From Chiloscyllium plagiosum (lineage: Eukaryota), in NCBI RefSeq assembly GCF_004010195.1, contig NC_057717.1:105274696-105338695 (forward strand): 64,000 bases of DNA, given 5' to 3'. Under the pieces are notes generated by a model. The model made no database searches and was not told the origin of the DNA. It saw only the letters and a program-made list of their open reading frames with translations. Below are positions 38,275-52,269 of the stretch, piece after piece (position 1 is the first letter of the stretch; each line of letters opens with the position of its first letter). The position numbers were made by a program, and so were the translations under genes.

Positions 38275-41200
38275 TATTATGGACCAGGCTAGATTCGCAC
38301 AAAATATTTCAAGAAAGTAGCCCAGACCCTAACTCTGCTAGTTATTTTAAGCAGGTGTACAGTGGATATTCCAAGAGGGATGCAGCTGACCCAACCAGTT
38401 AGTTTTAAACAAAACAGAATTTACTTGCAAGATCACCGAATGAAACACAAACAAAAAAGAACAGAATAGAGAATAACTCAACCTATCTGACAACCCAACA
38501 GATTATCCCAACTTAATGATGCTATTCCAAATACTTGCACCAATCCCCACAAACACTCCTTGGCACAAAGGTAAAATCAAACACAGGAGCTTACAGTAGA
38601 GAAGAAATAGCAGCATGGAACACCTTCTTCCATGTAAGCTGTTTCTTGAACCAGCAGCCTCAAACTGACTGTCTGCTTTCAGTGAACAGCCAGACTGCTA
38701 AAACCAAACCAGAGAAAAGCTGAGCTGGGAGAACTGGCCACTCTCCATTTTTTTTTTAAACTTGAAAGCATTCTCAAGTAGATCAACATTTTGGATTCTG
38801 TGTCTTTACAACCTCCTGAAAAGAAACTAAGGAGAACCTAACCTTGTTAAAGGAGCAGCACCTTCACACCATCCCCCTTAAAAACAATAAACCATCAATA
38901 TTCTAAGATGACCTCATTAAAAAAAACCCTTAATCTTAAACTGCTAGTACTCTACAACACACCTATACATTACATTGACAATAATCATGCAAGCATGCAC
39001 TACTACATTTTGTTTCAGTCTGTTTTACTCCCACCACCAAATGCCTCCATTCCTCATTCAAGTCTCAACAATATATTGGCAATCATATTTTCTCGTCCTG
39101 CTCCATGCACAATTTTCAAAATGAAAGGCTGTAACAACAAGCTTATCTAAACAGCCTGGCATTTTTGTCCTTAAATTTCTCCACAAACTTCAATGGGTCA
39201 TGATCAGTGTGTATGATTGTCTCAGATACATTACTAGTAACATAAACATTGAAATGTTGTAACACCAACACCAAGCTCAGAGCCTCCTTCTCAACTGTCG
39301 AATGCTTCTGCTAATGAATGTTCAATTTCCTGAAGAAATACCCAATAGGTCTTTTTATCTTCTCATCGTGTTCTTGCAAGAGCACAGCGCTGACACCCAC
39401 ATCACTTGCGTTGATAGCCACCTTGAATGGCTTTGCATAATTAGGTGTGTTAATACAGGGGCAGAGGTTAACACAGCTTTCAGGCTGTCAAATGCCTTTT
39501 GACAGTCTGCTGTCCACTGAAACCTCTTGCCTTTCTTTAGCAATTCAGTGAGTGGAGCAGCCGTACTGCTAAAATTTGGTATGAATTTTTGATAAAATCC
39601 GCTCAATCCAAGGAATCGAAATACTGCTCTTTTTGTTGATGGTATAGGAAACTCCCCAATTACCTTTTTTTTTGCATTCTGTGCAGCCGTTTGTCCATGT
39701 CCAATAACTTGTCCTAGGAAGGTGACTTGGGCTTTGGCAAATTCACTTTTAGCCAGGTTTAGCCAGGTTTGTCTTCCGAAGTCGATCGAACAAGTCTGAT
39801 AAATGTTGCAAATGTTCCTTCCATGTGTGACTAAAAATCACCAGGTCATCGATATATACGACACAATTGGGAATCTGAAAATGACCTTATTAGTTAGTCT
39901 CTGAAATGCGGTTGGTGCATTTTTCATACCAAATGACATGACTTTAAACTGATACAGTCCATTTGGCATTACAAAAAGGTACCTGCCAGTATCCTCTGAG
40001 CAAGTCCAACTTAGAAATATAAGTTCCCTATCCCACTTTTTCAGCACAGTCTTCCAAATGTGGAATCAGGTGTGCATCAATCTTTGTAACTGCATTGATT
40101 TTACGATAGTCCACACATAACCATTGGGTTTCATCTGGTTTTGGCACCATTACTATGGGTGAGTTCCAGTCACTGTAATTCACTTTGATTATGGCGTCTT
40201 GGAGCATGAGTTCAATCTCCTTTTGAACCCATGCCACTTTAGAGGGTTTTACATATAATGATGTTGTTTAATCGGAACAGTATCTCCTGTGTCTACATCA
40301 TGCATAATTAGGTAAATACTGCCCAGCTTATTTCCACATATCTCCCCATGTGATAGTAATAACTCTTTAAGGTCATTTCTATTTTTCTCTGGAAGCTAAC
40401 TCAATAATTTATCCCAATTTTTGACAACTTCCTCATTGTCCAATTTAGTTTGAGGAATATTCAATTCAGAATCCTCTGATCTTGGTTCTTCACTCTGTGT
40501 TGTAACCGATAACACAGTCTCCTTTGGCTTTCCTATCCTGTCAAAATACCTTTTAAGCATATTCCCATGACACAATCTGAGATTCATTTCTGGCTGGAGT
40601 CTTTATCAAATAGTTAATGGGTCACTCAATTTCCTTTTGTCTTTATAAAGTCCACTAAACCTTGCTTTTAAAGGTTCACCTATCCCTGCAAGTAACACTA
40701 ACACCATACCTCTGAAAGCAAAATTGTGAGTTTTTGGTTTCTTGTTTGCTTCCTGTTTCATTGTCTGTTGTCATTCTAGCCAACTCCCCCGCTCTATCTA
40801 ATCATTTCTGAAAATTTGGCACATAATATAAATAAGTCGTCTCTGAATCATGACTTATTAATTTCTCCTTTATCAATTTTAGCTGTCTTCTCACTTCATG
40901 CCCCAAAAACTAATTCAAATGGACTGAATTTGGTCGATTCATTTGGTGCATCTCTGATCATAAAATTTACAAGCAGAATTCCCTTATCCCAATCATCTGG
41001 ATAGTCGTGACCATAAGTTGTCAACATGGTCTTTAATGTTGATGCCACCTTTCTAGTGCTCCCAGCGACTCTGGATGGTACGCAGTAGGTTTGAATTGTT
41101 TTATTCCTAAGCTGTCCATATGTTCCTTGAATAATTTCGATGTGTAGTTTGACCCTTGATCTTATTGTATCTCATGAAAAATTTAAGTAATTCCTCTATA

Positions 41201-44200
41201 ATCCTTTTAGCTGTAATATTGCGTAATGGAATGGTATCTAGAAATCTCGTGGGCACATCCATTATTGTTAACAAATCCTGATTCTCACTTTTTGTTTTAG
41301 GTGTGGATCCTACAAAATCAATTAAGATGCTTGTAAAAGGTTCCTCAAATGCAGGAATAGGTATTAAAGGTACAGGTTTTATTACTGCCTGTGGTTTTCC
41401 AATTACCTGACATGTATGACACGTCTGGCAAAATTCAACTACATCCAGGCCAGTAAAAATGATTTTGTATTTTACGTTGAGTTTTTTTCTCACTCCTAAA
41501 TGACTCTCTAATGGTAGTTTGTGTGCTACCCGCAACTGGCAGTATGACTTGATGAACATCTGCCTAAATATGTGATGGTCTCCATTTCCTCATTAAGACA
41601 TAATTTCTAAGATTGTAACATTCAGGGATACACTCAGATTCTTTTCCTGTGTATGTCTTTTGATATAACTGCTTTAAATTTTTATCTTTCTGCTGTAACT
41701 CAGTTAATTTAACTGAGCTAAAAATGTCTGCTTTGTCATCTCTCTGTTTCTGGCTTGTCTCAACCGTCTGATCAAGCAGGGTCTCTGCTAATTTTACTTC
41801 AACTTTCTTACGTGTACTCTTTGATCTCTCCTGTTCCAACTGGTGATTTTGTGACCTCATTACCATTGTCAGGAAAAATCCCAGGATGTGTGTCCTGCAA
41901 TAGTTCAGTTGCCTGAGTTTCCACTGGCATTTCAACCACAGTAGGTAGCATTCCTGCCTGTGAACCAGCTATATTGTTAGCAAGGACAAATTGTATTCCT
42001 GGAGCAGAGAGCTTGTCCAGTACTCCTACCATGACTTCCCCACTCTTCACTGGACACTCTAACCTCACTTTACATAATTGAACGCTTCTTGTCTCACCAT
42101 GAATTTCCATTACTCGCATCTTTTCTGGCAATAGTTCTTCAGAGGTACATATCTCCTCATCTTTCAACATCAAAGATAGACAGTATCCTGTATCTCTCAT
42201 ATGGTAACTTTTTTACCTGCTGCTCCTGGTCTATGCAAGTAAGTTTTACCTTCACAGGTACATGGTTTAAGAAAATCTGGCACTTCCTCCTTAACCAACA
42301 TCCGACCAGGTTGTACAATCTAATGTAGCTTTCTAGCCTCCACTGTGCTTTCTGTTCCCACTTCAAGAAAATTCACTGGCTTATCCTGTTTTCCAACCTC
42401 AAGCTTCCCAGTGCTTTTCTTAAGCCACCAACACTGTGATTTCATGTGGCCTGCTTTATTGCAGTGAAAACATTGGAGCTTTTTAACTTCTCTTTCCCCT
42501 TCAAGGGTTTCCTTTTTACCCTGTGGTAATTTATCCTTATGATCTTCACCAAGATTTACCTTTCCCTTTCCATGTGAGGATTTCTCTTTTCCTCAATTTC
42601 TATCCCTCACAGATTGAAATTGATTTTGAAAGCCAAACTTTCAAATGGATCAACTCATAATCATCAGCCATTTCAGCTGCTCATCTTGCCATTTTAACTG
42701 CCTGCTCTTCTACATGAGTTCTCACTACTTCAGGAAGTGAATTTTTGAACTCCTCCAAAATAATCGTCCCTCTATGAGTGTCATAGGTTTACTCTAATTT
42801 TAATGCCCTTATCCTCCTGTCAAAATTATTTTGTTTGATCCTTTCAAACTCAATGTTGATTTGACCAGGCTCCCTCCTTAGATTCCTGACACGTTGTCTG
42901 TTGGCTTTTGGTACATGTTCATATACCTTAAGATGGCTTTCTTCACCTCCTCATATGCCTCAGATACCTTCTCTGATAGGGATGCAATTACCTCACTAGC
43001 TCTACCTACATGTTTTGTTTGGATCAACAAGACCCATGTGGTCACTGGCCACCACATTTGTTTCGCCACCTTTTCAAATTAGATGAAAAAGGCTTCCACA
43101 TCCTTCTAATCAAATTTAGGCAAGGCTTGAATATATTTAAATAGTTTCTTACCAGGCCTTTGGCTACCTTGGGTTTACTCATCCTCACTCTCTTCCTCAC
43201 TAAGCTTACCTACCTTTTAAGCTGACTTTCCCGTCTAAGTGACAATTTCTGAAGTTCAAAGTCCCTCTCTTTCTTACTTTACTCATTCTCCTTTTTTCTC
43301 TCCTGCTTTTAATCATAATTCAAACAGTTTCATTTCTGTTGCCCTTTCCTTGTATTTTGCCTCTAATTCAAGCTGCTTCATTTACCAATTGAATTTTCAC
43401 CATCTCTTAAGATTCTGACCACATTTCCAGCAAATTTAACTGCTGAGCTATTGCTGTAATTACCTCTTCTTTCCTCACAGAAGGAGGCATCTCCAGCGCC
43501 AACGTGTCTACTAATTCCAGTAGCTTGGCCTTAATCACCTTTTGCAAGTCACTTCTTCCACCCCCAGAAAACTCTTGGTGACTAAAAGAGCCATTACTAT
43601 CCCAAGCACTGTTTAAACCAACCAAATTCAACACCTGTAACAAAAGACACTATCACCTACCCCTTGCTGCTTTCGGGTACAGCAACCCTAACCCCAAATT
43701 GGAACTGTAGAACAAACCCTGCCAAGAGCTCCTAATCTATTATGGACTAGGCCAAACCCCCCCCTCAAAACATTTCAAGAAAGTAGCCCGGACTCTAAGT
43801 TTGCTAGTTGTCCTAAGTAGGTGTACAGTGGATGTTCCAGGAGGGATGAGTTAGCCCAACCACTTAGTTTTAAACAAAACAGAATTTACTTGCAAGACTA
43901 CCAAATGAAACACAAACAAAAGAGTACAGAATAGAGAACAACATAATCTATCTGAAAACTCAACAGATTAACCCAACCTAATGATGCTGTTCCAAATACT
44001 TGCAACAATATCCATAAACACTCCTTGGCACAAAAGGTAAAATTAAGCACAGGGGCTTACAGGAAATAGAGAGATGGCAGTATGGAACACCTTCTTCCAT
44101 GTAAGCTGTTTCTTGGGCCAGCAGCTTCAAACTGACTGACTGCTTTCAGTGAACAGCCAGACTGCTAAAACCAAACCAGAGAAAAGCTGAGCTGGGAGAA

Positions 44201-44357
44201 CTGGCCACTCCCCTTTCATTGTATAAGTGTTTTATTAAAAACTTGAAAGCATCCTCAAGTAGAACAACCCCAGACATTTCAGAATCTGTGTCTTTCCAAC
44301 CTCCTGAAAAAAAAACCAAGGACAACCTGACCTTGTTAAAGGAGCAACATCATCACA
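38275..44357 (-). mobile_element. Decayed near-full-length Gmr1-type Gypsy LTR retrotransposon
   Basis: LTRs 38275-38868 and 43738-44357; PPT 38869-38885; degenerate tRNA-Pro-like PBS left of 43738; gag knuckle CFHCNKAGHMKSQC at ~42430-42472; protease RDTG ~42195; integrase H..H/C..C and EPFTSILIDFVG ~41550-41000; RT SPIVMVPKPD..LCVDYRKIN and YIDDL ~39850; RNase H ~39500-39050. Confidence 0.93.
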
Positions 44358-45430
44358 ATTGCATGTCACTCAGTGGATAGTGTCCTGCCAGCAGCATTGA
44401 AGTAATTTGCTGGACCAATACTGAAGTGCAGAACACCCTGTGGGTGGATTGAAAATGTGCTATAAGGGCTGTTAAAGGCTGGTACGTGTCATATACCAAT
44501 GTCCATTGACATGGGATGAGTGTGATCAGTGCCCATTGAGTGTGCCCTGAGATAGTGGTGCCCAAGGAAGCCATCGGAGCAGGCAACAATCTCAACCAAC
44601 CAAGCACCCATTCTGGTTTCCCAATTTCTAGTTTGTTGGGGCAAATGTGGTATGGTCACAACAAAATTATTGATGAGGTAAGTTTAGTCATCAACAAATG
44701 TCAATCACTGACAATTGGCAACTCACTGCTGCCTGGCGAGAATGTTACCACATTGCTTGTGGCAAGCATAAAACATGGAGTGAGATGATCTTAACATCAA
44801 GATGCACTTTGCCAAATTTCTTGCCTAATTCTGCCACACATCTCGCCATAGCCCTTGACACTCAATCCCTTTAAGATTCCACCCTATGTACTTTGTCAAT
44901 CACAATCTGTGTAGGTTTAGGGCACTGCAGGTTACTATTAATCCCTCCCACACACAAATTACTGTGTCTATGTACAATCATAATATAAATTTTTAAAATA
45001 ATTTTAATGTCATATCTGCTTTTCCTTTCTTGTCTGTGTGTAATGGATCCCTTTGGCTGGCTGCAATTTGTAGTTCCACTTCACATGTTTCAGAGATTTG
45101 AGCTAATCTTTTGATTGATGGCTGCAAGTCTTTTATCTGCTTAGTGGGCTTGTGATTGGCATTGTACCTTTCGTAATCTCATTGCTTGTACGGCCACTGT
45201 GAATTTGAATCCTGAACTTGTTTAAATTGGAGTTTACATCTTGGTCACTCTGCAGTTAAAACCATTGCCTTTATCAAAAATTATTGCCTCATCCTACTTC
45301 TGCAACCACTGTATGCTATCTCTTCTCCTGTATTCTCCACCTGTGGCCTTTAATATATCTTTCCCTCTGTCATGATTATAAGGAGGTCAGCATCATAGAA
45401 TATGAGTTCCCTGATTTGGGCTGTTAATCT

Positions 45431-45770
45431 GGGCGGCACGGTGGCACAGTGGGCGGCACGGTGGCACAGTGGTTAGCACTGTTGCCTCACAGCGCCGGAG
45501 ACCCGGGTTCAATTCCCGACTCAGGCGACTGACTGTATGGAGTTTGCAATTTCTCCCCACGTCTGCGTGGGTTTCCTCCGGGTGCTCCGGTTTCCTCCCA
45601 CAGTCCAAAGATGTGCAGGTCAGGTGAATTGGCCATGCTAAATTGCCCATAGTGTTAGGTAAGGGGTAAATGTAGGGGAATGGGTGGGTTGCGCTTCGGC
45701 GGGGCGGTGTGGACTTGTTGGGCCGAAGGGCCTGTTTCCACACTGTAATGTATTATAATCGAATCTAATT
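45431..45770 (+). mobile_element. Young HE1-like V-SINE with duplicated 20-bp 5' end
   Basis: gggcggcacggtggcacagt twice; TSD-like ttaatctg at 45424 and 45770. Confidence 0.92.
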
Positions 45771-45786
45771 TAATCTGGTCCAATCG

Positions 45787-46037
45787 TAGAATCATCATGT
45801 TTGGAAGCAGCCCATTTGTTCCAATGAGTCCACATTGAACCTCTGAAGAGCATCCCATCCAAGCCATGCCTCCTCATTCTCCCAACCCTATCCCTGTAAC
45901 CCCGCATTTCCCATGACTAATCCACCTAGCTTGTACATCTTTGGACTTTGGGAATAAAGTGGAGCACCCAGAGGAAACCCACACAGACATGGAGAGAATG
46001 TGCAAACTCCACACAGATAGTCACCCAAGGCTGGAAT
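45787..46037 (-). mobile_element. Older HE1-like V-SINE
   Basis: ggagcacccagaggaaacccacacagacatgg..tgcaaactccacacag. Confidence 0.85.
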
Positions 46038-48039
46038 GAGGGAACCTTGACTGACAGATATAAACGAGAGTGTCAGGGATTCTATTCATTCTGAGACCTG
46101 GCTCTGAGGAAGCTGGAACATCGTAAAGGAATTTCCATGTATAAATGAAGGATAATTTGGTAATGGGATACCAGCCGATGTGGAGTTTTTTCACCCTCTA
46201 TTCTACTCAATCTGAACTGGCAGAACCATTGGCTTCCTTTACCTCTGATTACTATGTGGTGGCTTATGTCTCTTGCTGGAAATGGCCATGATTGCTCTCT
46301 AAGTCAGTGGCTACTTCAGACAGTAAGTGGTCTCAAGTATATGAATTGACAATTTCAATAGAGAGGATTGAAAAAAAGTTGAATAAAATAGTAATCATCT
46401 GAGGCATGCCCATAAACTCACATCATATGCTGATCTCTCATATATGAATAGTGGTAAATGTATTTCTGTGACTCTTTCCATGGTCTACCCACACTGTGGT
46501 TTTGCCTGAAGGAAATGTATTTCTTTCCTGTTTGGGCTCTTGGGAATTGTACAATACATGGACTGTGTATAGTTCATCTTTATTTTTAATTGATTGCGAG
46601 AGATAGGCCAGGAAATCTTGAGAATTCATTTTTCTTTAAATTGTGCAATATAAAATAAAGATAAAGTTACTGTAATAACTCAGAGAAAGACAATTGGTGG
46701 TGAGTTTAACCTGAGAGTCACCACACATAAGGAAAGGGATGAGGTTGAGAAGGCAGGAGCTTTGTGGTTAGTTCAGCTGTTCAATTCCCACGTTGGCATT
46801 ATTCTGCATCACAAACCAGCCATCCAGCCAACTGAGCTAGTTAACCCCCAATTGTGTAATGAACTCCTTCATATCAACAGGAACCACTGAATCAGGTTGA
46901 TAGACCATTGATCAATGTATCATCAAAAAGAAAACCTCTCTCCCTCCTTGCTGCAGTGGAGTGTCAGCCACATTAATGTACTCATAACCTGAAATGTGAC
47001 GATAAAGGACTAAGAAGACAGATGTTATTCCATCATCTATAACAACTGAAACAGCAACTATATAAATTGATTCAACTAAATTTAAGAGCTCACCAAATGA
47101 GGAGTAACTGCGTTTAAATCATAATTTCACAATCCAACCTGATGAACTATCCCAATAAGTGGTACATTAACAGAAAATTGGTGAGTAGCACTGATTTGAG
47201 GAAACTGACTGAATTAAAACCGTCTATCGTGTTTTCTGCCATTCTTGAATTAAACTTTGGATGTTAGTTCATGTTCAGAATGTAATGCTCCAAATCACAT
47301 TTTCTCTTTTTAAACTAACAGAAATTACTTTGAGACAATACAATCATCATCATTTATTGTGCTGAAGCATTGAAATGCAATCAATGCAATCTCCGTTGGG
47401 ATTTTAACAAGTTAATCAACCTATTAAAAGACTAACTTTTAACTCCCTGATAGCTTTGGAAGCATGGCCTCTTAAATATAATTGTAGTTGCCCATAGATT
47501 TCAAGTGTTGACTATCGTCTTGCTGTTCTGAGGACTGAGAATCACAGAAGGTCATTTCCAAAGCATAGGTCTGCAGCATGCTATTAAAAGGAAAGGACCT
47601 TTGAGAGGAAGTATGCAAGAATTACTGCAGGGAAAGGCTTGCTCTACCTACATGTTTTGTTTGGATCAACAAGACCCACATGGTCACTGAGCTCTTTTTA
47701 AAGAACATTAATTCTGGCCATTTTCTATTCCATTGGGTGGACCTAAAACACCTATTCCATGGGTACGATCCTAAAACACAGTGGTATTGGAAACCTAACT
47801 ACATTGAAGGACCACATAATTACATAATTAATACGTACCTGTCTGCTTTAAAAGGCCCATTTAAAAATAGTGGTGGTGGGGGGGCAAGTTAGATTTGTAA
47901 TTTTAGTCATACAGTTACTGCATTATTTCTAGGATGGTATAGAGTCCAAAATTAGGGCTACTTAATGTTTGTAAATAAACTGAAAACAATTTATTAAATT
48001 TGCCCATCTTTGTGAATGTTACATTTTTAATATATAGAG

Positions 48040-49435
48040 GAATAGAGTCATACAGCATGGAAACAGACCTATTGGTCCAACCAGTCCATGCCAATCAGAA
48101 TCCCAAATTAAACTAGTCCCACCTACCTGCACCTGGCTGATATTTCTCCAAACATTTCTTATTCATGTACTTATCTAAATGTCTTTTTAATGTTGTAATT
48201 GTACTCACATCCACTACTTCCTCTGGAAATTCATTCCACACACTGACCATACAGTCATAGAGTCAGAGAGATGTACAGAATGGAAACAGACCCTTTGGTC
48301 CAACCCATCCATACCGACCAGATATCCCAACCCAATCTAGTTCCACCTGCCAGCACGCGGCCCATATCCTTCAAACCCTTCCTATTCATATACCCATCCG
48401 AATGCCTCTTAAATGTTGCAATTGTACCAGCCTCCACCACTTCCTCTGGCAGCTCATTCCATACACATACCACCCTCTGTGTGAAAAAGTTGCCCCTTAG
48501 GTCTCTTTTATATCTTTCCCCTCTCATCCTAAATCTATGCCCTCTAGTTCTGGACTCCTGACCCCAGGGAAAAGAATTTGCCTATTTACCCAATCCATGT
48601 CCCTCATAATTTTGTAAACCTCTATAAGGTCACCCCTCAGCCTCCGATGCTCCAGGGAAAACAGCCCCAGCCTGTTCAGCCTCTCCTTATAACTCAAATC
48701 CTCGAACCCTGGCAACATCCTTGTAAATCTTTTCTGAATCATTTCAAGTTTAACAATATCTTTCCGATAGGAAGGAGACCAGAATTGCACGCAATATTCC
48801 AACAGTGGCCTAACCAATGTCTTGTACAGCCACAACATGATCTCCCAACTCCTGTACTCAATACTCTGACTAATAAAGGAAAGCATACCAAACGCCTTCT
48901 TCACTAGCCTATCTACCCACGACTCCATTTTCAAGGAGCTATGAACCTGCACTCCAAGGTCTCTTTGTTCAGCAACACTCCCTAGGACATCCATGGCTTT
49001 TTAAAATCTTTCTCCTCTCATCTTATAAATATGCCTCTAATCTTGAAATCTCTCATCCTAGAGAAAAGACACTTCCCATTCACCTTATCTACACCACTCA
49101 TGATTTTATAAACCTCTACAAGGTCACCCCTCAACCTCCTACGCTCCAGTGAAAAAAATCCCAGTCTATCCAGCCTCTCCTTATACTTTAAATCCTCCAT
49201 TCCTGGCAATATCCTGGTAAATCTCCTCTGAAACCCCCTCCAGTTTAATAATATTCTTCCTATAACAGGGTGACAATAACTGGACACAGTACTTCAGATA
49301 AGGCCTCAACCAACGTCCTGCACAACCTCAACAAAACATCACAACTCCTATACTCAGAGGTCTGAACAATGAAGGCAAGTGTGCTAAACTACCTTCTTTA
49401 TCACCCTATCTATATGTGACGCAAATTTCAAATAA
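48040..49435 (-). mobile_element. Three abutting/nested CR1 3' fragments (about 48040-48250, 48254-48990, 49000-49435)
   Basis: Repeated CR1 tails and LYKTLVRPLLEYCVQFWSP / RRLRGDLVEVYKIM motifs. Confidence 0.9.
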
Positions 49436-50069
49436 TTTTATTTAGGGTAAATTGAAATTAATCCTGACTAATGTGAAATACAAGCGAGAGTTTCAAAGGA
49501 ACTAATACAGTTGGAATTATGAATGAGCTGGATACCTTGTGACTGATTATTTCCTGAAGGTGTTGACACATACTTATTTAAAGTTTGCTGAACACTGGCA
49601 GTTCTCCAGTATCTCGCCCAAATGGTCACTTATTATTTTTGCTTCAGAGATCATCACTGTTGACAGGCTATTTAACTGTGAATGGGGTGGGTGTGGAGAG
49701 TGGGAGGAGATAGTATCAGAGCCAGACCTGACCCGACCTTATCCTTATTTTGTCCCTAAATGTGCACTTCTAAGCTCAAGTTACTGGTTGATCATTTGGA
49801 TAAATCACTTGGCTGCAAATGGCCAATGAAATGGAATTGAAAATCAAGACAGTAAGAGGGATGTTAATTTGCTGTGAGCTCATTTTGTACCCACTAATTA
49901 ATACAATACCTTATATTTACATGAGACCAGGTGATTCTATTTTCATATCTAAAAGAGCATTAAGACAGAAAGCAACATAAATGACCCATCGATTGTAACA
50001 AAGTAAACTCAAAGTAAATTGATAAGTCATGGAGGGAGATACCTGTAGTATACCAGAAATTCAAGAGAG

Positions 50070-52000
50070 TCAAGGAAAAGAGGTGAATGTAGTGGCCATC
50101 ACTAAGGAGAAGATGCAAAGGAAGCAGAAAGGTCTGAAAGTGGATAAGATATTAGCCCACTGTCTGAGGTCTTTCTGCTGAAGTTAAATCGGAACCCCCC
50201 CCACCAGCCAGTGCCTCAAATGCATGTAAATATAGTCTTGGAAGCAGAAAGGTCTGAAAGTGGATAAGATATTAGCCCACTGTCTGAGGTCTTTCTGCTG
50301 AAGTTAAATCGGAACCCCCCCCCACCAGCCAGTGCCTCAAATGCATGTAAATATAGTCTTGAATAAGTAAGAGATGCCTTTGATTTGTTGAGATAGAGTC
50401 ACACTACAAGGTTTGTTTGTTTTCTTGATTTGCTACTGTACAGAACCTAACTATGTTTGTGACTATGTATGTACATGAAGATTTTTTTATGAATAAAGTA
50501 TGCTTTTGAAATAAAAATCTTTAAAAAGTGGATACATCACCCAGACTAGAAGGACTAACCTCAGGGTTCTGAAAGTGATAGTTGAGGAGCTTGTGGAGGC
50601 AATGGTGGTGATTTTTCAGGAATCACCAGAGTCAGGGAAGGTCCCAGGAGACTGGAAAATGGCTGGTATAACGCTTCTATTTAAAAAGGGAGGGAGATAG
50701 ACGATAGAAAATTATGGGCCAATTAGTCCGACCTCAGTCAATGGAAGATTTTAGAATCCACTATTAATGATGACATTACAGAATATTTGGAAGTGCATGG
50801 TAAAATAGGGCTGAGTCAGGGGTTGAGAAAGATACCAGGCACTAGTAGATTTCATGAAGGAGAAGTCATGCATGGCAAATCTTTTGGAATTCTTTGAGGG
50901 CAGAATGAACAAGTTGGACAAGGGAGAAGCAGTGGACGTGATTTATTTGGATTTCCAGAAGGTCTTCAACAAGGTGTCGCACAGGAGACTGGTAAATAAA
51001 ATCAGAGCTCAGAGGTTTGGCCAATTTACAAAAAGCAGGCAGTAGTGCTAAAGGCAGTTGGTGACTAATGTAGTTCCACACGGGTCAGTGTTGGGACCAT
51101 TGGAAAAAGGAACTGAGGGCATTGGAGCTAAGTTTGCAGATGACACAAAAATAGGTGGAGGGACGCGCTGTGACGAGGAAGAAGGACTTGCACAGGGTAG
51201 GAGAGTAGGCAAAAAGTGGTGGATGAAATACAATGTGGAAAAACATGAGGTTATCCACTTTGGTGGGAAGAATAGTGGTTCAGACCATTTTCTAAATGAG
51301 GAAAGGCTTCAAAAATCTGAAGTGCATAGGGATTTAGGAATCCTAGTCAGAATTTTCTTGGGGTTACTCTGCAGTTACAGTTGGCAGTTAGTAAGGCAAA
51401 TGCACTATCGGTATTCATTTCAAGAGGGCTAGAATGCAAGAACAGGGATGTAGTCCTGAGGCTATATTTGGAATACTGTAAGCAATTTTAGACTCCTATC
51501 TAAAGAAGGATGTGCTGGCCTTAGAGGGGTCCAGAGGAGATCCAGAATAATCCCGGGAATAAAGGGCTTGTCATATGAGGGGTAGTTGAGAACTCTTGGT
51601 CCATACTCAATGGAGTTTAGAAGGATGAGGGGTGATCTGGTGGTAAAATACAAAATACTGATTGGCCTCAATAGAATGGATCTGGAGAAGATATTTCCAC
51701 CTTTATGAGAGTCTAGGACCTGAGGGCACAGTCTCAGAGTGAAGGGACAACCTTCTAGAACTGAGAGAAGGGGGAATTTCTTCAGCCAGAGGGTGGTGAA
51801 TCAGTGAATCTCATTGCCATAGAAAGCTGTGGAGGCCAAGTCTTTGAATGCATTTAAATCAGACATAGATAGGGAATGAGGGGCTAAGAGGAGAAGTCAG
51901 GAGAATGTGGTTGTGAAACATATCAGGCATGATCGAATGCAGAGCTGTCACAATGGGCCGAATGGCCTAATTCTGCTCTTCTATCTTACAGTCTTATGAT
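50070..52000 (+). mobile_element. Decayed CR1 LINE with an internal insertion at ~50148-50525
   Basis: KSCMANLLEFFE..VDVIYLDFQKVFNKV; KFADDTKIGG; 3' stem aatggcctaattctgct. Confidence 0.88.
50121..50361 (+). repeat. Near-perfect 120-bp tandem duplication
   Basis: gaagcagaaaggtctg..atagtcttg at 50121 and 50241; the only difference I saw is C-run length. Confidence 0.95.
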
Positions 52001-52269
52001 CTAAGTTACTATTATCACCATTCACATAATGAATCAGGTGGAAATGTTTGAATCAACAATTTGTGAAATGTCAGTTTGATTTTGGAATGTTTCAAAATAA
52101 ATCAATATGTACATTCATGCTGCGTCTAGCTTGTTCTTGATGTAAATAAGTAGAGAAAATCCCATATCCCATAGATACATCAAGGGAAAATGGATAACTA
52201 CTGCTTGAATGAATTAGAAGAACAAATCAGGGTTCTGTTTCTGCATTGACAGCCAGTTTTGATCCTCAT

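Larger units (their letters stand above)
45368..46193 (+). mobile_element. Solo LTR (family of 6278-9601) with a perfect 5-bp TSD, interrupted by two SINEs
   Basis: ccctc|TG...CA|ccctc; uninterrupted target site atataaacgagagtgtc at 46058-46074. Confidence 0.82.
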
